From positions 1 through 30,333 of the IMG/VR virus record IMGVR_UViG_3300016464_000279: 30,333 nucleotides of DNA. One strand, given 5' to 3'. This stretch comes from a virus (Duplodnaviria; Caudoviricetes). Within the stretch, counting starts at the first letter, position 1; each line of letters opens with the position of its first letter. The notes under the pieces were generated by a model that had not been told where the DNA came from, did not search any database, and worked only from the letters and a program-made list of their open reading frames with translations. This document shows, one piece after another, positions 1 through 8,085 of this stretch. The position numbers and the translations under genes were made by a program.

Positions 1-79
1 CTCGCAGCGGTAGGCATTACCTTTCAAAAAGTGCAATGTTGCGTTGAGCAGCCACGATTCACTCGCCAGTGAAACTACA

Positions 80-289
80 ATGCCCGACTGTATCCTAACC
101 GACCTTGAAGCCCTGCGCGAGTCCTTCGCCAAGGAAGCTCGCATCTACACGAAACAGGGCCAAGTGCCAGATGGCGCACGACCGCATCAGGTCACGCCTT
201 GGCAGCTTGCCTGCGGCTACATGGCTGGAACCTACCGCGTAGCTGCGCATGAGGTTGGGAAGGTCATCAAGAAGCACAAGCGCAAATGA
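80..289 (+). CDS. Hypothetical protein (69 aa)
   Basis: ATG at 80 within ORF 44..289; stop overlaps next ATG (ATGA at 286-289). Confidence 0.7.
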   Translation: MPDCILTDLEALRESFAKEARIYTKQGQVPDGARPHQVTPWQLACGYMAGTYRVAAHEVGKVIKKHKRK

Positions 290-456
290 AGCCCGTCACC
301 AGCCTCTACCGCTGCAAACACTGCGGCAAGACCGTCGAACGTGAAGGCACAAAGCAGTGGCGCAAGTCATTCTGCGAGGCCACCGGAAAGAATGCGCGAA
401 TCATGTTGGTAAAATCGCTTGAAACCAAGCTGGAAAACGCTTCATTGAAGTTATGA
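286..456 (+). CDS. Small Cys-containing (zinc-ribbon-like) protein, 56 aa
   Basis: Read manually: MKPVTSLYRCKHCGKTVEREGTKQWRKSFCEATGKNARIML...; ATGA overlaps at both ends; below ORF-track size cutoff. Confidence 0.7.
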   Translation: MKPVTSLYRCKHCGKTVEREGTKQWRKSFCEATGKNARIMLVKSLETKLENASLKL

Positions 457-620
457 GATGGGATGAACCACCTGAAATGCCGGAACCGCCAGAGTGCTGC
501 GGTGATTTTATGGACATCATGGACGATGGCACTGCCGTCTGTCCTGAGTGCAGTCGCAAGGTTGAGCCGGTGCCGGATATTGAGCCGATTGAATGCCCTA
601 CGGACTCCCAGGAGCAATGA
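453..620 (+). CDS. Small acidic zinc-ribbon-like protein, 55 aa
   Basis: Read manually: MRWDEPPEMPEPPECCGDFMDIMDDGTAVCPECSRKVEP...; CC and CxxC; ATGA overlaps at both ends. Confidence 0.7.
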   Translation: MRWDEPPEMPEPPECCGDFMDIMDDGTAVCPECSRKVEPVPDIEPIECPTDSQEQ

Positions 621-811
621 AGCTGCGTCACCCGGTCGCCGCGGTGACTTGGGACGCTCAACGCCCCCTTCTGCTGCAATCTGGTGCCGTTTTGGAGCCT
701 TTGCACCCTGGCGCTGACCAAGACGGCTGGAATGGCGAATGGTGCGTCAGACTGCACAAGACGGACGACAAGGTTGCGGTTGACGGTGATGAGCTTCGCA
801 GGCACCTTTAG
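617..811 (+). CDS. Hypothetical protein (64 aa)
   Basis: Start at ATGA overlap (617) inside ORF 593..811. Confidence 0.65.
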   Translation: MKLRHPVAAVTWDAQRPLLLQSGAVLEPLHPGADQDGWNGEWCVRLHKTDDKVAVDGDELRRHL

Positions 812-813
812 CC

Positions 814-924
814 ATGGAAATCCTGCTAAACATCTTCTGTTTCTGGGTCATCTGGGTCTGTGTCATGGATGCAGACAAGAACGCCGCTAGACGGCGACAA
901 GAGCGAGAAGACGAGGTGCAGTAG
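814..924 (+). CDS. Small single-pass membrane protein, 36 aa
   Basis: Read manually: MEILLNIFCFWVIWVCVMDADKNAARRRQEREDEVQ; starts 2 nt after previous stop. Confidence 0.55.
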   Translation: MEILLNIFCFWVIWVCVMDADKNAARRRQEREDEVQ

Positions 925-1303
925 CTGTGCTTCCGGTAGGCTTGAGGGCTGTTTCAGAGCATAGCAATCCCTTTGCAGGAAACTGCCATGCTCCAAGCTC
1001 CACTTCCGTATAGGAATCGGGAGTCCCGTCGCAAGTCTCACTGCCTTCCCGGTCGGCTGGCTCAGTAAAGCCGGGTCAAATGGCAGGGAGCGCAACCCAT
1101 CTTTGCAGATGCGCCTTTTGCACGACTGATTCGCTGGTCCATCGTGCGCCGAATCCTCCGCCAGCCCGCGTTGCCCGCTCAGGGACGCTACTGACTTCTG
1201 CTGGGCGAGGAATACCCAAACAAAGAGGCCGGCGCTGTGATGGAAACGCCGGCCTCTGAGCAGTTTGCTGAGGGCAGATTACGCCCATCACGACGCAAAC
1301 CTT
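925..1303 (-). ncRNA. Candidate structured non-coding RNA (unknown family)
   Basis: Largest gene-free gap; many stems; two loops read GCAA (GNRA) on the minus strand (973-976, 1103-1106); a + strand A.C mismatch becomes G.U on minus (957-966/984-993); minus-strand promoter upstream. Confidence 0.55.
1224..1257 (-). terminator. 11-bp GC-rich hairpin, terminator/attenuator-like on the minus strand
   Basis: AGAGGCCGGCG (1224-1234) / CGCCGGCCTCT (1247-1257), followed on the minus strand by TTGTTTG. Confidence 0.55.
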
Positions 1304-1309
1304 ATTGTT

Positions 1310-1338
1310 GCCTTACCATGCTCCCTCTTGCTCGTCAA
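1310..1338 (-). promoter_or_regulatory. Putative sigma70-type promoter firing leftwards
   Basis: Minus strand TTGACG (1338-1333), 17 nt, TAAGGC (1315-1310) preceded by TGn; -10 is imperfect. Confidence 0.5.
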
Positions 1339-1364
1339 GCAAGGATGAATATGTTTTTTCACCG

Positions 1365-1541
1365 ATGAAAGCGAATGACCTGAACCGCCTGACCGCCGAG
1401 GAACTGGAATGCCTGTCCACGTTCCTGGACGACAACTTCCCGCTGTTCGTTGACCACCTGAGCGACTTCGGCAAGGCTGACGACTTCGCTGAAGCCTTGA
1501 TTGACAAACTTTCCGCTTCTTGTTTCCAGCGTGAAGACTGA
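1365..1541 (+). CDS. Small acidic helical hypothetical protein (58 aa)
   Basis: ATG at 1365 in ORF 1305..1541: MKANDLNRLTAEELECLSTFLDDNFPLF... Confidence 0.65.
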   Translation: MKANDLNRLTAEELECLSTFLDDNFPLFVDHLSDFGKADDFAEALIDKLSASCFQRED

Positions 1542-1839
1542 CCCCCGCCTCGCCAGGGTCGGTGTGACCGGCTACAACAAGCCGAAGCGCACGCCGAGCC
1601 ATCCCACCAAAAGCCATGTCGTCGTTGCCAAGCAGGGCGATAAGGTGAAGACCATCCGTTTCGGGCAGCAAGGTGTTTCCGGCTCTCCCTACAAGAAGGG
1701 CGAAAGCGAGGCGGACAAGAATCGCCGTGAGTCCTTCAAAGCTCGCCATTCCGAGAATATCAAGAAAGGCAAAATGTCGGCTGCCTATTGGGCCGATAAG
1801 ACTAAATGGGCTGTTGCGCTTTTGTTTTACTTGGCTTAA
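1531..1839 (+). CDS. Small basic phage protein (DUF5754-like)
   Basis: GTG start at 1531; motifs KSHVV..K.GDKVKTIRFGQQG, RRESFKARH and SAAYWA typical of this widespread viral family. Confidence 0.75.
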   Translation: MKTDPRLARVGVTGYNKPKRTPSHPTKSHVVVAKQGDKVKTIRFGQQGVSGSPYKKGESEADKNRRESFKARHSENIKKGKMSAAYWADKTKWAVALLFYLA

Positions 1840-1860
1840 GGATTGAGGTCTTAAACCTCC

Positions 1861-3510
1861 ATGTTCCAGCTTGAAGTAACCAAGGAGAACCTTGGGCAGT
1901 ATCGCCCGACTCCGCACCCTATCCTAGTTGCTCCTTCACCGGAGACGATTGCCGCACTCGTCAAAAAGGTTGGCATGGATGAGGTCGTCCGCCGCCTGCA
2001 ACTGCGCGAAGACAAGATTCTAGCCGAGCGGATGGACCCTTATCGGCACGGCTATGAGCCTGACCACTGGAAGACCGCCGACAACCTGCTTTCTGACCCC
2101 GAGGTCAATGAACTGGTCATCCTAGGGGGCAACCGAGCGGGCAAGTCTGAATACGCTGCAAAGCGTGTCGCCCAGGTGTTGAGCCGGAATCCCGATAAAC
2201 GGGTCTGGTGTGTCCACACTACGAACATGAGCAGCGTTCAGATGCAGCAACCGCTTGTTTACAAGTATCTGCCTGCCGAGTTCAAGACCGCCAAGAAGAC
2301 CAAAATCACCAACGTCAGCTTCACGCAGAAGAACGGCTTTAGCGAAAACACCTTCGTTCTGCCCAACCGCAGCCAGTGCTGGTTCCTCAACCAATCGCAG
2401 GACATCAAGGTCATCGAAGGTGGTGAGATCGACTTCCTCTGGATCGACGAAGAAGTGAACAACGACTGGCTAAAGACGCTCCGATACCGTCTGGCAAGCC
2501 GACGAGGTAAGATGGTGCTGACCTTCACGCCGATTTCAGGCTATACGAGCGTGGTCAAGGAATACATGGCAGGGGCGTCCATCACCGATTGGAAGCCTGC
2601 GAGCCTACTTGCCGACCATATCAACGTCCCTGGCGGCGACAAAGGCGCCATGCCGCACGTTGCCAGGTGCCACAAGCCCAACGGCAGGGTGATGTGGTTC
2701 CATTCGGAGCTTAATCAATACTCGCCATTCACCGAAATCCAGCGAGCACTGCACGGAAGAACGGGCTACGAGGTCAAAATTCGTGCTTACGGCTATGCTG
2801 AAAGCCTTGCCGGGTCACAATTCCCGCGTTTCGGTGACTGGAACGTGATTCCACACGACAAAATCCCCGAAAACGGCACGAATTACATGGCGGTTGACCC
2901 TGCCGGAGCAAGAAACTGGTTCATGCTGTGGCTCAGGGTGGACGAATACGGCAGAAGGTTCATTTACCGCGAATGGCCTGACATTTCCTACGGTGAATGG
3001 GCGATTCCCAGCGATAAATCGGACGGAAAAGCAGGCACAGCGCAGCGAAACGGCGCAGGCCGAGGCATTGCCGACTACAAAGCCCTGATTCGGGAGCTAG
3101 AAGGCCGCGAAACCATCGCAGAAAGGTTTATTGACCCCCGAGCCGGTGGCACTCAGGCTATCGGAAGGGACGGCGGCACCTCTCTCATTGACCTTTTGCA
3201 GGAAGACCCCGACCCGATGTGGTTCACGCCTGCTGCCGGTCTGCGGGTTGAGGAAGGAATCAGCATTATCAACGACTGGCTGGCCTGGGACAAGGACCAA
3301 CCCTTGCTTGCCCTCCATAATGAGCCTAAACTTTACATCAGTGAGAACTGCCGCAACCTCATTTACTCTCTGCGCGAATGGACAGGCGCAGACGGCGACA
3401 AGGGCGCAACCAAAGACCCGGTTGACGTTCTCCGCTACCTTGCCGTGATGAACCCGGCAGACGAAACGATCACCAGTTACCAACCTCAAGGCCAAATCGG
3501 GAGCTACTAA
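1861..3510 (+). CDS. terL: Terminase large subunit
   Basis: Walker A GGNRAGKS, Walker B LWIDEE, motif III LTFTP, RNase H-like MAVDP and C-terminal KDPVDVLRY. Confidence 0.95.
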   Translation: MFQLEVTKENLGQYRPTPHPILVAPSPETIAALVKKVGMDEVVRRLQLREDKILAERMDPYRHGYEPDHWKTADNLLSDPEVNELVILGGNRAGKSEYAAKRVAQVLSRNPDKRVWCVHTTNMSSVQMQQPLVYKYLPAEFKTAKKTKITNVSFTQKNGFSENTFVLPNRSQCWFLNQSQDIKVIEGGEIDFLWIDEEVNNDWLKTLRYRLASRRGKMVLTFTPISGYTSVVKEYMAGASITDWKPASLLADHINVPGGDKGAMPHVARCHKPNGRVMWFHSELNQYSPFTEIQRALHGRTGYEVKIRAYGYAESLAGSQFPRFGDWNVIPHDKIPENGTNYMAVDPAGARNWFMLWLRVDEYGRRFIYREWPDISYGEWAIPSDKSDGKAGTAQRNGAGRGIADYKALIRELEGRETIAERFIDPRAGGTQAIGRDGGTSLIDLLQEDPDPMWFTPAAGLRVEEGISIINDWLAWDKDQPLLALHNEPKLYISENCRNLIYSLREWTGADGDKGATKDPVDVLRYLAVMNPADETITSYQPQGQIGSY

Positions 3511-5633
3511 TGGACTACAAGAACAACACGAACGGCGACAAGCTGACTTTCTACTCTGAAACGCCAGACGTTAATGAGCTTTCCAGCGAGCTTACCCGGT
3601 GCCTTTACACCACGGCAGACCTTGAACGGCTTTCCAACTCTGATGATATTCGCTTTTGCCGCTGGTCGGGGCAGTCCGATGATGGTAAAAAGCACTCAGA
3701 GAACCTGCCGAACAACCGCCAGGCTTTCCCGTTTGAAGGTGCTTCTGACGTTCGCAACCGTCTGGTTGATGCCACCATCAACGAGCTTTCATGCCTACTG
3801 ACGACCAGTTTTGAGCGCAGTCAGTTGAATGTCTCACCTACCGACTTCAACGACATGGCGGCGGCTTCCGGTGCCAATACGCTAATGAACTGGATTACCC
3901 AGCAGAAGCTGCGTGCTGACATTGCCCGTGAGGCCGAGCTTGGCGCACAGTATGGCCTGCACTACGGCTGGACGGTTTACCATGTCGGCTGGGACCAGCA
4001 ACTTGGCACCCGCTTCCAGTCCATCACCATGGACGAGGTTGCCGCTATTGCCCAGCAGATGCCGGATTCCTCGCTTGCAGACCTGCCGAATCTCATTGCC
4101 AACAAGGAGAGTGCAGACCTTGCAGCGCAGCTTATCACCGCCGCAATTCCGCAGTATAGCGTCAAGGATGCTAAAAAGCTCGTCAACGAACTGCGCGAAA
4201 CTGGCGTTGGCAAGATTGAAGAAACCTACGTTCGCCGCAACCTGCCGATGGTGACGGCACTGAAGCCCTTCGATGAGGTTGCCTTCCCGCCTGAGACGAT
4301 TGACCTGCAAAACGCCCGCGTCATATTCCGCCGCGTTTACATGAACGAGGTTGAGCTTCGGTCGCACGTTAAGGACGACGGCTGGGACGAGGCTTTTGTT
4401 GACCAAGCTGCAAACACGGCTGGCAAGCAGTCTTGGTATTCCGACCCGATGGACACCATCACCACCCTTGGCGCCGCTCCTATCGTTCGCCAAGACAACC
4501 TGATTGAGATTGTCTATGCCTACGCCCGCCAGATTGGCCCTGACGGCGTTGCTGGCATCTACTGCACGGTGTTCAGTCCTCTGGTTGAGGAAGGGCTTTA
4601 CGCCAAGCACGAACTGCTCGACTACGCTCACGGCGACTACCCGTTTGTGGAGTTCCGCCGCGAGGTCGTCCGCCGCCCCATCACCGAAAGCCGTGGCATC
4701 CCTGAGATTGCCATGACCGACCAGGACGAAATCAAGGCGCAGCATGACAGCATCCGCGACCGGACGGCTTTCGAGACGCTGCCGCCCATGAAGGTCGTGA
4801 AGCGCATTGGCCAAATCAACAAGATTGGCCCAGGTGTTCAGCTTCCCGTCACCCGTCCAGATGACTACTCATGGCTGGAAGCCCCAGGACGGGCACCAAC
4901 GACCGCTTTCAATCTCATTGAGCGGGTTGAAAACAATCACGCCAACTACTTTGGCCTGAACCGGGCAACGGTGGTGCCTATCAAGTCGCAGTTGATGCAG
5001 CAGCAGCTTGTGAACCGCTGGCTTGCTACCTGGGGCCGCATCTACTCGCAGATGTTCAGCCTGTGCCTGCAATACATGCCGCAGGAGGAGATTGTCCGCG
5101 TAACAGGCGTTCCGCTAAACCAGAACGTCACCGACATTGCCGGAAACTTCGACTTCCTTATCCGCTTCAACATCCAGACCCTCGACAACGACCTTGTTGC
5201 CAAGAAGCTGCAAGCCATCTCGCAGTTCGTGGTGCCGCTCGATGCCGGTGGCGTGTTGAACCGGAACAAGCTCATCCAGATGATTATCGAAGCGGTTGCG
5301 CCGGAGTCTGCGCGTGACCTCATCGTTGACCAGTCTGCCGCATCGGAAAAGATGTTCCGTGAGGTGCAAACCGACATCGGCATGATGATGCTGGGCAATG
5401 AACCGCTTTACCGTGAGAACGACCCAACCGCTCAGGCCCGACTGCAATATGCCCAGGACGTTCTGAGCAAGAACCCGAAGGCGCAGCAGGCCGCACAGGG
5501 CGACCCGGTGTTCCAGACGTTGCTTCAGAACTACGTCCAGAACCTTCAAATGAGCATCCAGCAACAGCAGAACGCCACCATTGGACGGCTTGGCGTTACC
5601 CCGGTTAGCGAACAGATGACCCCGCAGGCATGA
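3510..5633 (+). CDS. Portal protein
   Basis: 707 aa directly after terL; helical with Q-rich C-terminus; FPFEGASD and YPFVEF segments typical of P22/SU10-like portals. Confidence 0.85.
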   Translation: MDYKNNTNGDKLTFYSETPDVNELSSELTRCLYTTADLERLSNSDDIRFCRWSGQSDDGKKHSENLPNNRQAFPFEGASDVRNRLVDATINELSCLLTTSFERSQLNVSPTDFNDMAAASGANTLMNWITQQKLRADIAREAELGAQYGLHYGWTVYHVGWDQQLGTRFQSITMDEVAAIAQQMPDSSLADLPNLIANKESADLAAQLITAAIPQYSVKDAKKLVNELRETGVGKIEETYVRRNLPMVTALKPFDEVAFPPETIDLQNARVIFRRVYMNEVELRSHVKDDGWDEAFVDQAANTAGKQSWYSDPMDTITTLGAAPIVRQDNLIEIVYAYARQIGPDGVAGIYCTVFSPLVEEGLYAKHELLDYAHGDYPFVEFRREVVRRPITESRGIPEIAMTDQDEIKAQHDSIRDRTAFETLPPMKVVKRIGQINKIGPGVQLPVTRPDDYSWLEAPGRAPTTAFNLIERVENNHANYFGLNRATVVPIKSQLMQQQLVNRWLATWGRIYSQMFSLCLQYMPQEEIVRVTGVPLNQNVTDIAGNFDFLIRFNIQTLDNDLVAKKLQAISQFVVPLDAGGVLNRNKLIQMIIEAVAPESARDLIVDQSAASEKMFREVQTDIGMMMLGNEPLYRENDPTAQARLQYAQDVLSKNPKAQQAAQGDPVFQTLLQNYVQNLQMSIQQQQNATIGRLGVTPVSEQMTPQA

Positions 5634-5872
5634 ACGAAAAAGACGTAATCGAAGCATTCACCTTCGCCAAAGGTCCACAAGCCTTCTGGGAAGCCCTGAA
5701 CGCCGTCATCCAGAGCGAACACAACAACGCCCTAGCCAACCTGCTGGATATTGCCAGCACTGGCGAAACCCGAGCGCATTACGCTGGACAGGTCGCCGCA
5801 CTCATTGACCTGCGTGCAGTGATTCAGGAGTATTCCGAACGGGCTGGCAATGAAGCCAAGTTTAACCCTTGA
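5630..5872 (+). CDS. Small head-assembly-region protein
   Basis: 80 aa helical ORF between portal and scaffold, ATGA-coupled. Confidence 0.75.
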   Translation: MNEKDVIEAFTFAKGPQAFWEALNAVIQSEHNNALANLLDIASTGETRAHYAGQVAALIDLRAVIQEYSERAGNEAKFNP

Positions 5873-5896
5873 CCGAGTTAACCGAGCCGTTAGCAT
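5869..5896 (+). promoter_or_regulatory. Putative promoter for scaffold-capsid genes
   Basis: TTGACC, 16 nt, TAGCAT in the 91-nt gap before the scaffold gene. Confidence 0.4.
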
Positions 5897-5963
5897 TCTT
5901 TAGTTTCTTGGTTTCACAAACCATGCCCCTTGACCTCTGAACGGTCTTTAAACCTTCTGACCC

Positions 5964-6986
5964 ATGCCCGAAAATACCCCAACGGTTAGTGAACCTTCCA
6001 AAATCACGATGCCCACCAAGCCGATTGACACTGAACAGTTGACCGGGCTTTTGCGCCAGTCCCTTTTCGCTGATGAAGAAAAGCAGCCAACTCAGGCTGA
6101 GACTGAGACAGAAACCGAAACCGAGGAAGAAAGCGAAGCGGAAGACGCCGAGCAGGAAGCCGAGGATACGGAATCTGAAACCGAATCTGAAACCGAAACC
6201 GAGGAAGCTGAAGAAGCGGACGAGGAAAAGGAGACGGATGAGGAAGCCGAGCAGAGTTCCAAAGGTCTGCCCAAAGGCGTCCAGAAGCGCATTGACAAGC
6301 TAATTGCCAAACGCAAGGAAGCCGAACAGCAGATTGATGAGCTTACTGAACGACTGAAAGAGCTTGAAACGGCTGGACCGGCTGAAAAGCAGGTGGTTCC
6401 GGTCGGCAAAGACCTCAACCCGTATTTCCAACTCCAATCGGACAAGGAAATTCAGGATGAAATCAAGAACGCTCGACAAGTCCGCAGGTGGGCCGAGGAA
6501 AACGCTGACGGTGCTGTTATCAGGGGCAACGATGGTCAGGAGGTTGAGTATTCCGCCGAAGAAGTGCGGAAGATTCGTCTGAACGCTATTGATGCCCTGG
6601 AAGAATACCTTCCCGCCCAACTTCAGTACGTTGCAGTTCGCAAGCAGTTTGATGCCGAAGCGGAAAAGACCTATCCCTTCTGGAAACAGCGGCAAAGTCC
6701 TGAATACCAGTTTGCAAACGAACTAGTCCGAGCATTCCCAGAGATTCAAAAGTTCCCTGACTTCAAACTCTCCATTGGAGACATGATTGAAGGGCGCAAG
6801 ATTCGGGAAAGCAAGGGCAAGAAACCGGCGCAACCTGTGAAGAAGGCACCTGCGACACCGAAAAGCACTTCTGCACCCGCTTCCGTTACCTCCAAAACTG
6901 CCAAATCCAAATTCGTGGACGAAAGTTTCCGAAAACGACCCAATGAATCGAACCTCAAGGCGCTGATTGCCGAGAAGTTCATTTAA
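5964..6986 (+). CDS. Capsid scaffolding protein
   Basis: Very acidic N-terminus, GVQKRIDKLIAKRKEAE coiled coil, basic Pro-rich C-terminus; position before capsid gene. Confidence 0.85.
   Translation: MPENTPTVSEPSKITMPTKPIDTEQLTGLLRQSLFADEEKQPTQAETETETETEEESEAEDAEQEAEDTESETESETETEEAEEADEEKETDEEAEQSSKGLPKGVQKRIDKLIAKRKEAEQQIDELTERLKELETAGPAEKQVVPVGKDLNPYFQLQSDKEIQDEIKNARQVRRWAEENADGAVIRGNDGQEVEYSAEEVRKIRLNAIDALEEYLPAQLQYVAVRKQFDAEAEKTYPFWKQRQSPEYQFANELVRAFPEIQKFPDFKLSIGDMIEGRKIRESKGKKPAQPVKKAPATPKSTSAPASVTSKTAKSKFVDESFRKRPNESNLKALIAEKFI
6097..6250 (+). repeat. Low-complexity GAAACC/GAGACT-type repeats encoding ETETET/acidic tract
   Basis: AETETETETEEESE...TESETESETETEE in the scaffold protein. 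Confidence 0.7.
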
Positions 6987-7017
6987 CCAATCCCAAACAA
7001 AGAAAGACTAAACTACC

Positions 7018-8034
7018 ATGCCTGCACTTTTTGAACGCAACCAGGTTGGCAAGCGCGAAGACCTTGCCGATTACATCTCGCTCGTTGATGCAAAGGATAC
7101 CCCTATTGCCTCGATGATTCCCAAGGGCAACAAGCCCGGCAACACCCTGCTTCAGTGGCAGGCCGACAACATGCCTGCTGCTCAGTCCACTGGCGCGGTT
7201 GATGGTGTTGATATTTCGGCTTATTCCAACCTGAATGAAGGTCGTGCCGTCATCCAGAACTACATCCAGGTTTTCCAGCGTGCTATCCGCGTTTCGCCTC
7301 TTTCGGTGGACGTTTCGGTGGTTGCTGGTCTGCGCGATGAACTGGCAGGCATGGTCGCCAAGGGTATCAAGGTGACAAAAAGGGATATTGAGCTGACCAT
7401 CAGTTCTGACAATGATGCTCAAGCCCAGACTTCCGGCACTTCTCCGACTGTTGGTTACCTCACCCGTGGTCTTGGCGAGTGGATTAAAAACGGAGCGCAG
7501 AGCGTTCTTCCGGTTGATTCCAACTACCGCACCCCAACCGGTAGCATCAACACCACGGCTACCGCTTCCTTCACTGAAAGCGATGTCCAGGGGGTTCTGA
7601 CCTCGATTTATGGTCAGACTGGTTCCTTCAAGGAATATGACTGCGTTGTCGGCACGACCCTCAAGCGTGCTTTCAGTAACCTGCTGTTCACCACCAGTCT
7701 TTCGACCACCTCGTCTAGCTCCAGCACTCTTGTTGCTGGCGCGACTGCCATCCGCACCTTCAACCGCGATGCCAACAGTGACGCTTATGTTGCCAGTGTT
7801 GACATCTTTGAAGGTGACTTTGGCCGCCTGAAGCTGCATCCGAGCCTTTTCACACCGAACGCCTTCCGTGGCTATGTCCTCGACATGGAGCTTCTGGAAC
7901 TCCGTTACACCAGTCTGCCTGAGGTGATGGAACTTCCCGACGCTGGTGGCGGTCCTGCCCGTCTCGTGCGATGCGTCGCGGGGTTGGTCTGCAAAAATCC
8001 GCTTGGACTTGGTAAGTTCGCCGCCGCGTCCTAA
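7018..8034 (+). CDS. Major capsid protein (DUF5309/SU10-like, HK97 fold)
   Basis: N-terminal GKREDLADYI...DTP, W..D, NY.Q.F, KRDIE and D.FEGDFG motifs; position after scaffold. Confidence 0.9.
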   Translation: MPALFERNQVGKREDLADYISLVDAKDTPIASMIPKGNKPGNTLLQWQADNMPAAQSTGAVDGVDISAYSNLNEGRAVIQNYIQVFQRAIRVSPLSVDVSVVAGLRDELAGMVAKGIKVTKRDIELTISSDNDAQAQTSGTSPTVGYLTRGLGEWIKNGAQSVLPVDSNYRTPTGSINTTATASFTESDVQGVLTSIYGQTGSFKEYDCVVGTTLKRAFSNLLFTTSLSTTSSSSSTLVAGATAIRTFNRDANSDAYVASVDIFEGDFGRLKLHPSLFTPNAFRGYVLDMELLELRYTSLPEVMELPDAGGGPARLVRCVAGLVCKNPLGLGKFAAAS

Positions 8035-8085
8035 CCGCTAGCGGCTTAGCGCCGCAGCACTGCAACACCCCTCTGCCATTACTCT

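Noticed and set aside
826-1291. Minus-strand ORFs 826..1095 and 1076..1291 as proteins
   Set aside because: No protein-like features, they run through dense RNA stems, and no other gene uses this strand
3882-4814. Long minus-strand ORFs (also 1288..1917, 6979..7839, 9823..10491, 15608..16333, 20880..21602, 23979..24737)
   Set aside because: Antisense shadows of well-supported + strand genes, with no recognisable motifs
6097-6250. Short tandem repeats as a CRISPR array or iterons
   Set aside because: In-frame low-complexity coding of the acidic scaffold tract; no repeat-spacer structure noticed anywhere in the window
8031-8066. Palindrome CCGCTAGCGG after the capsid gene as an intrinsic terminator
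   Set aside because: Short stem and no U-tract
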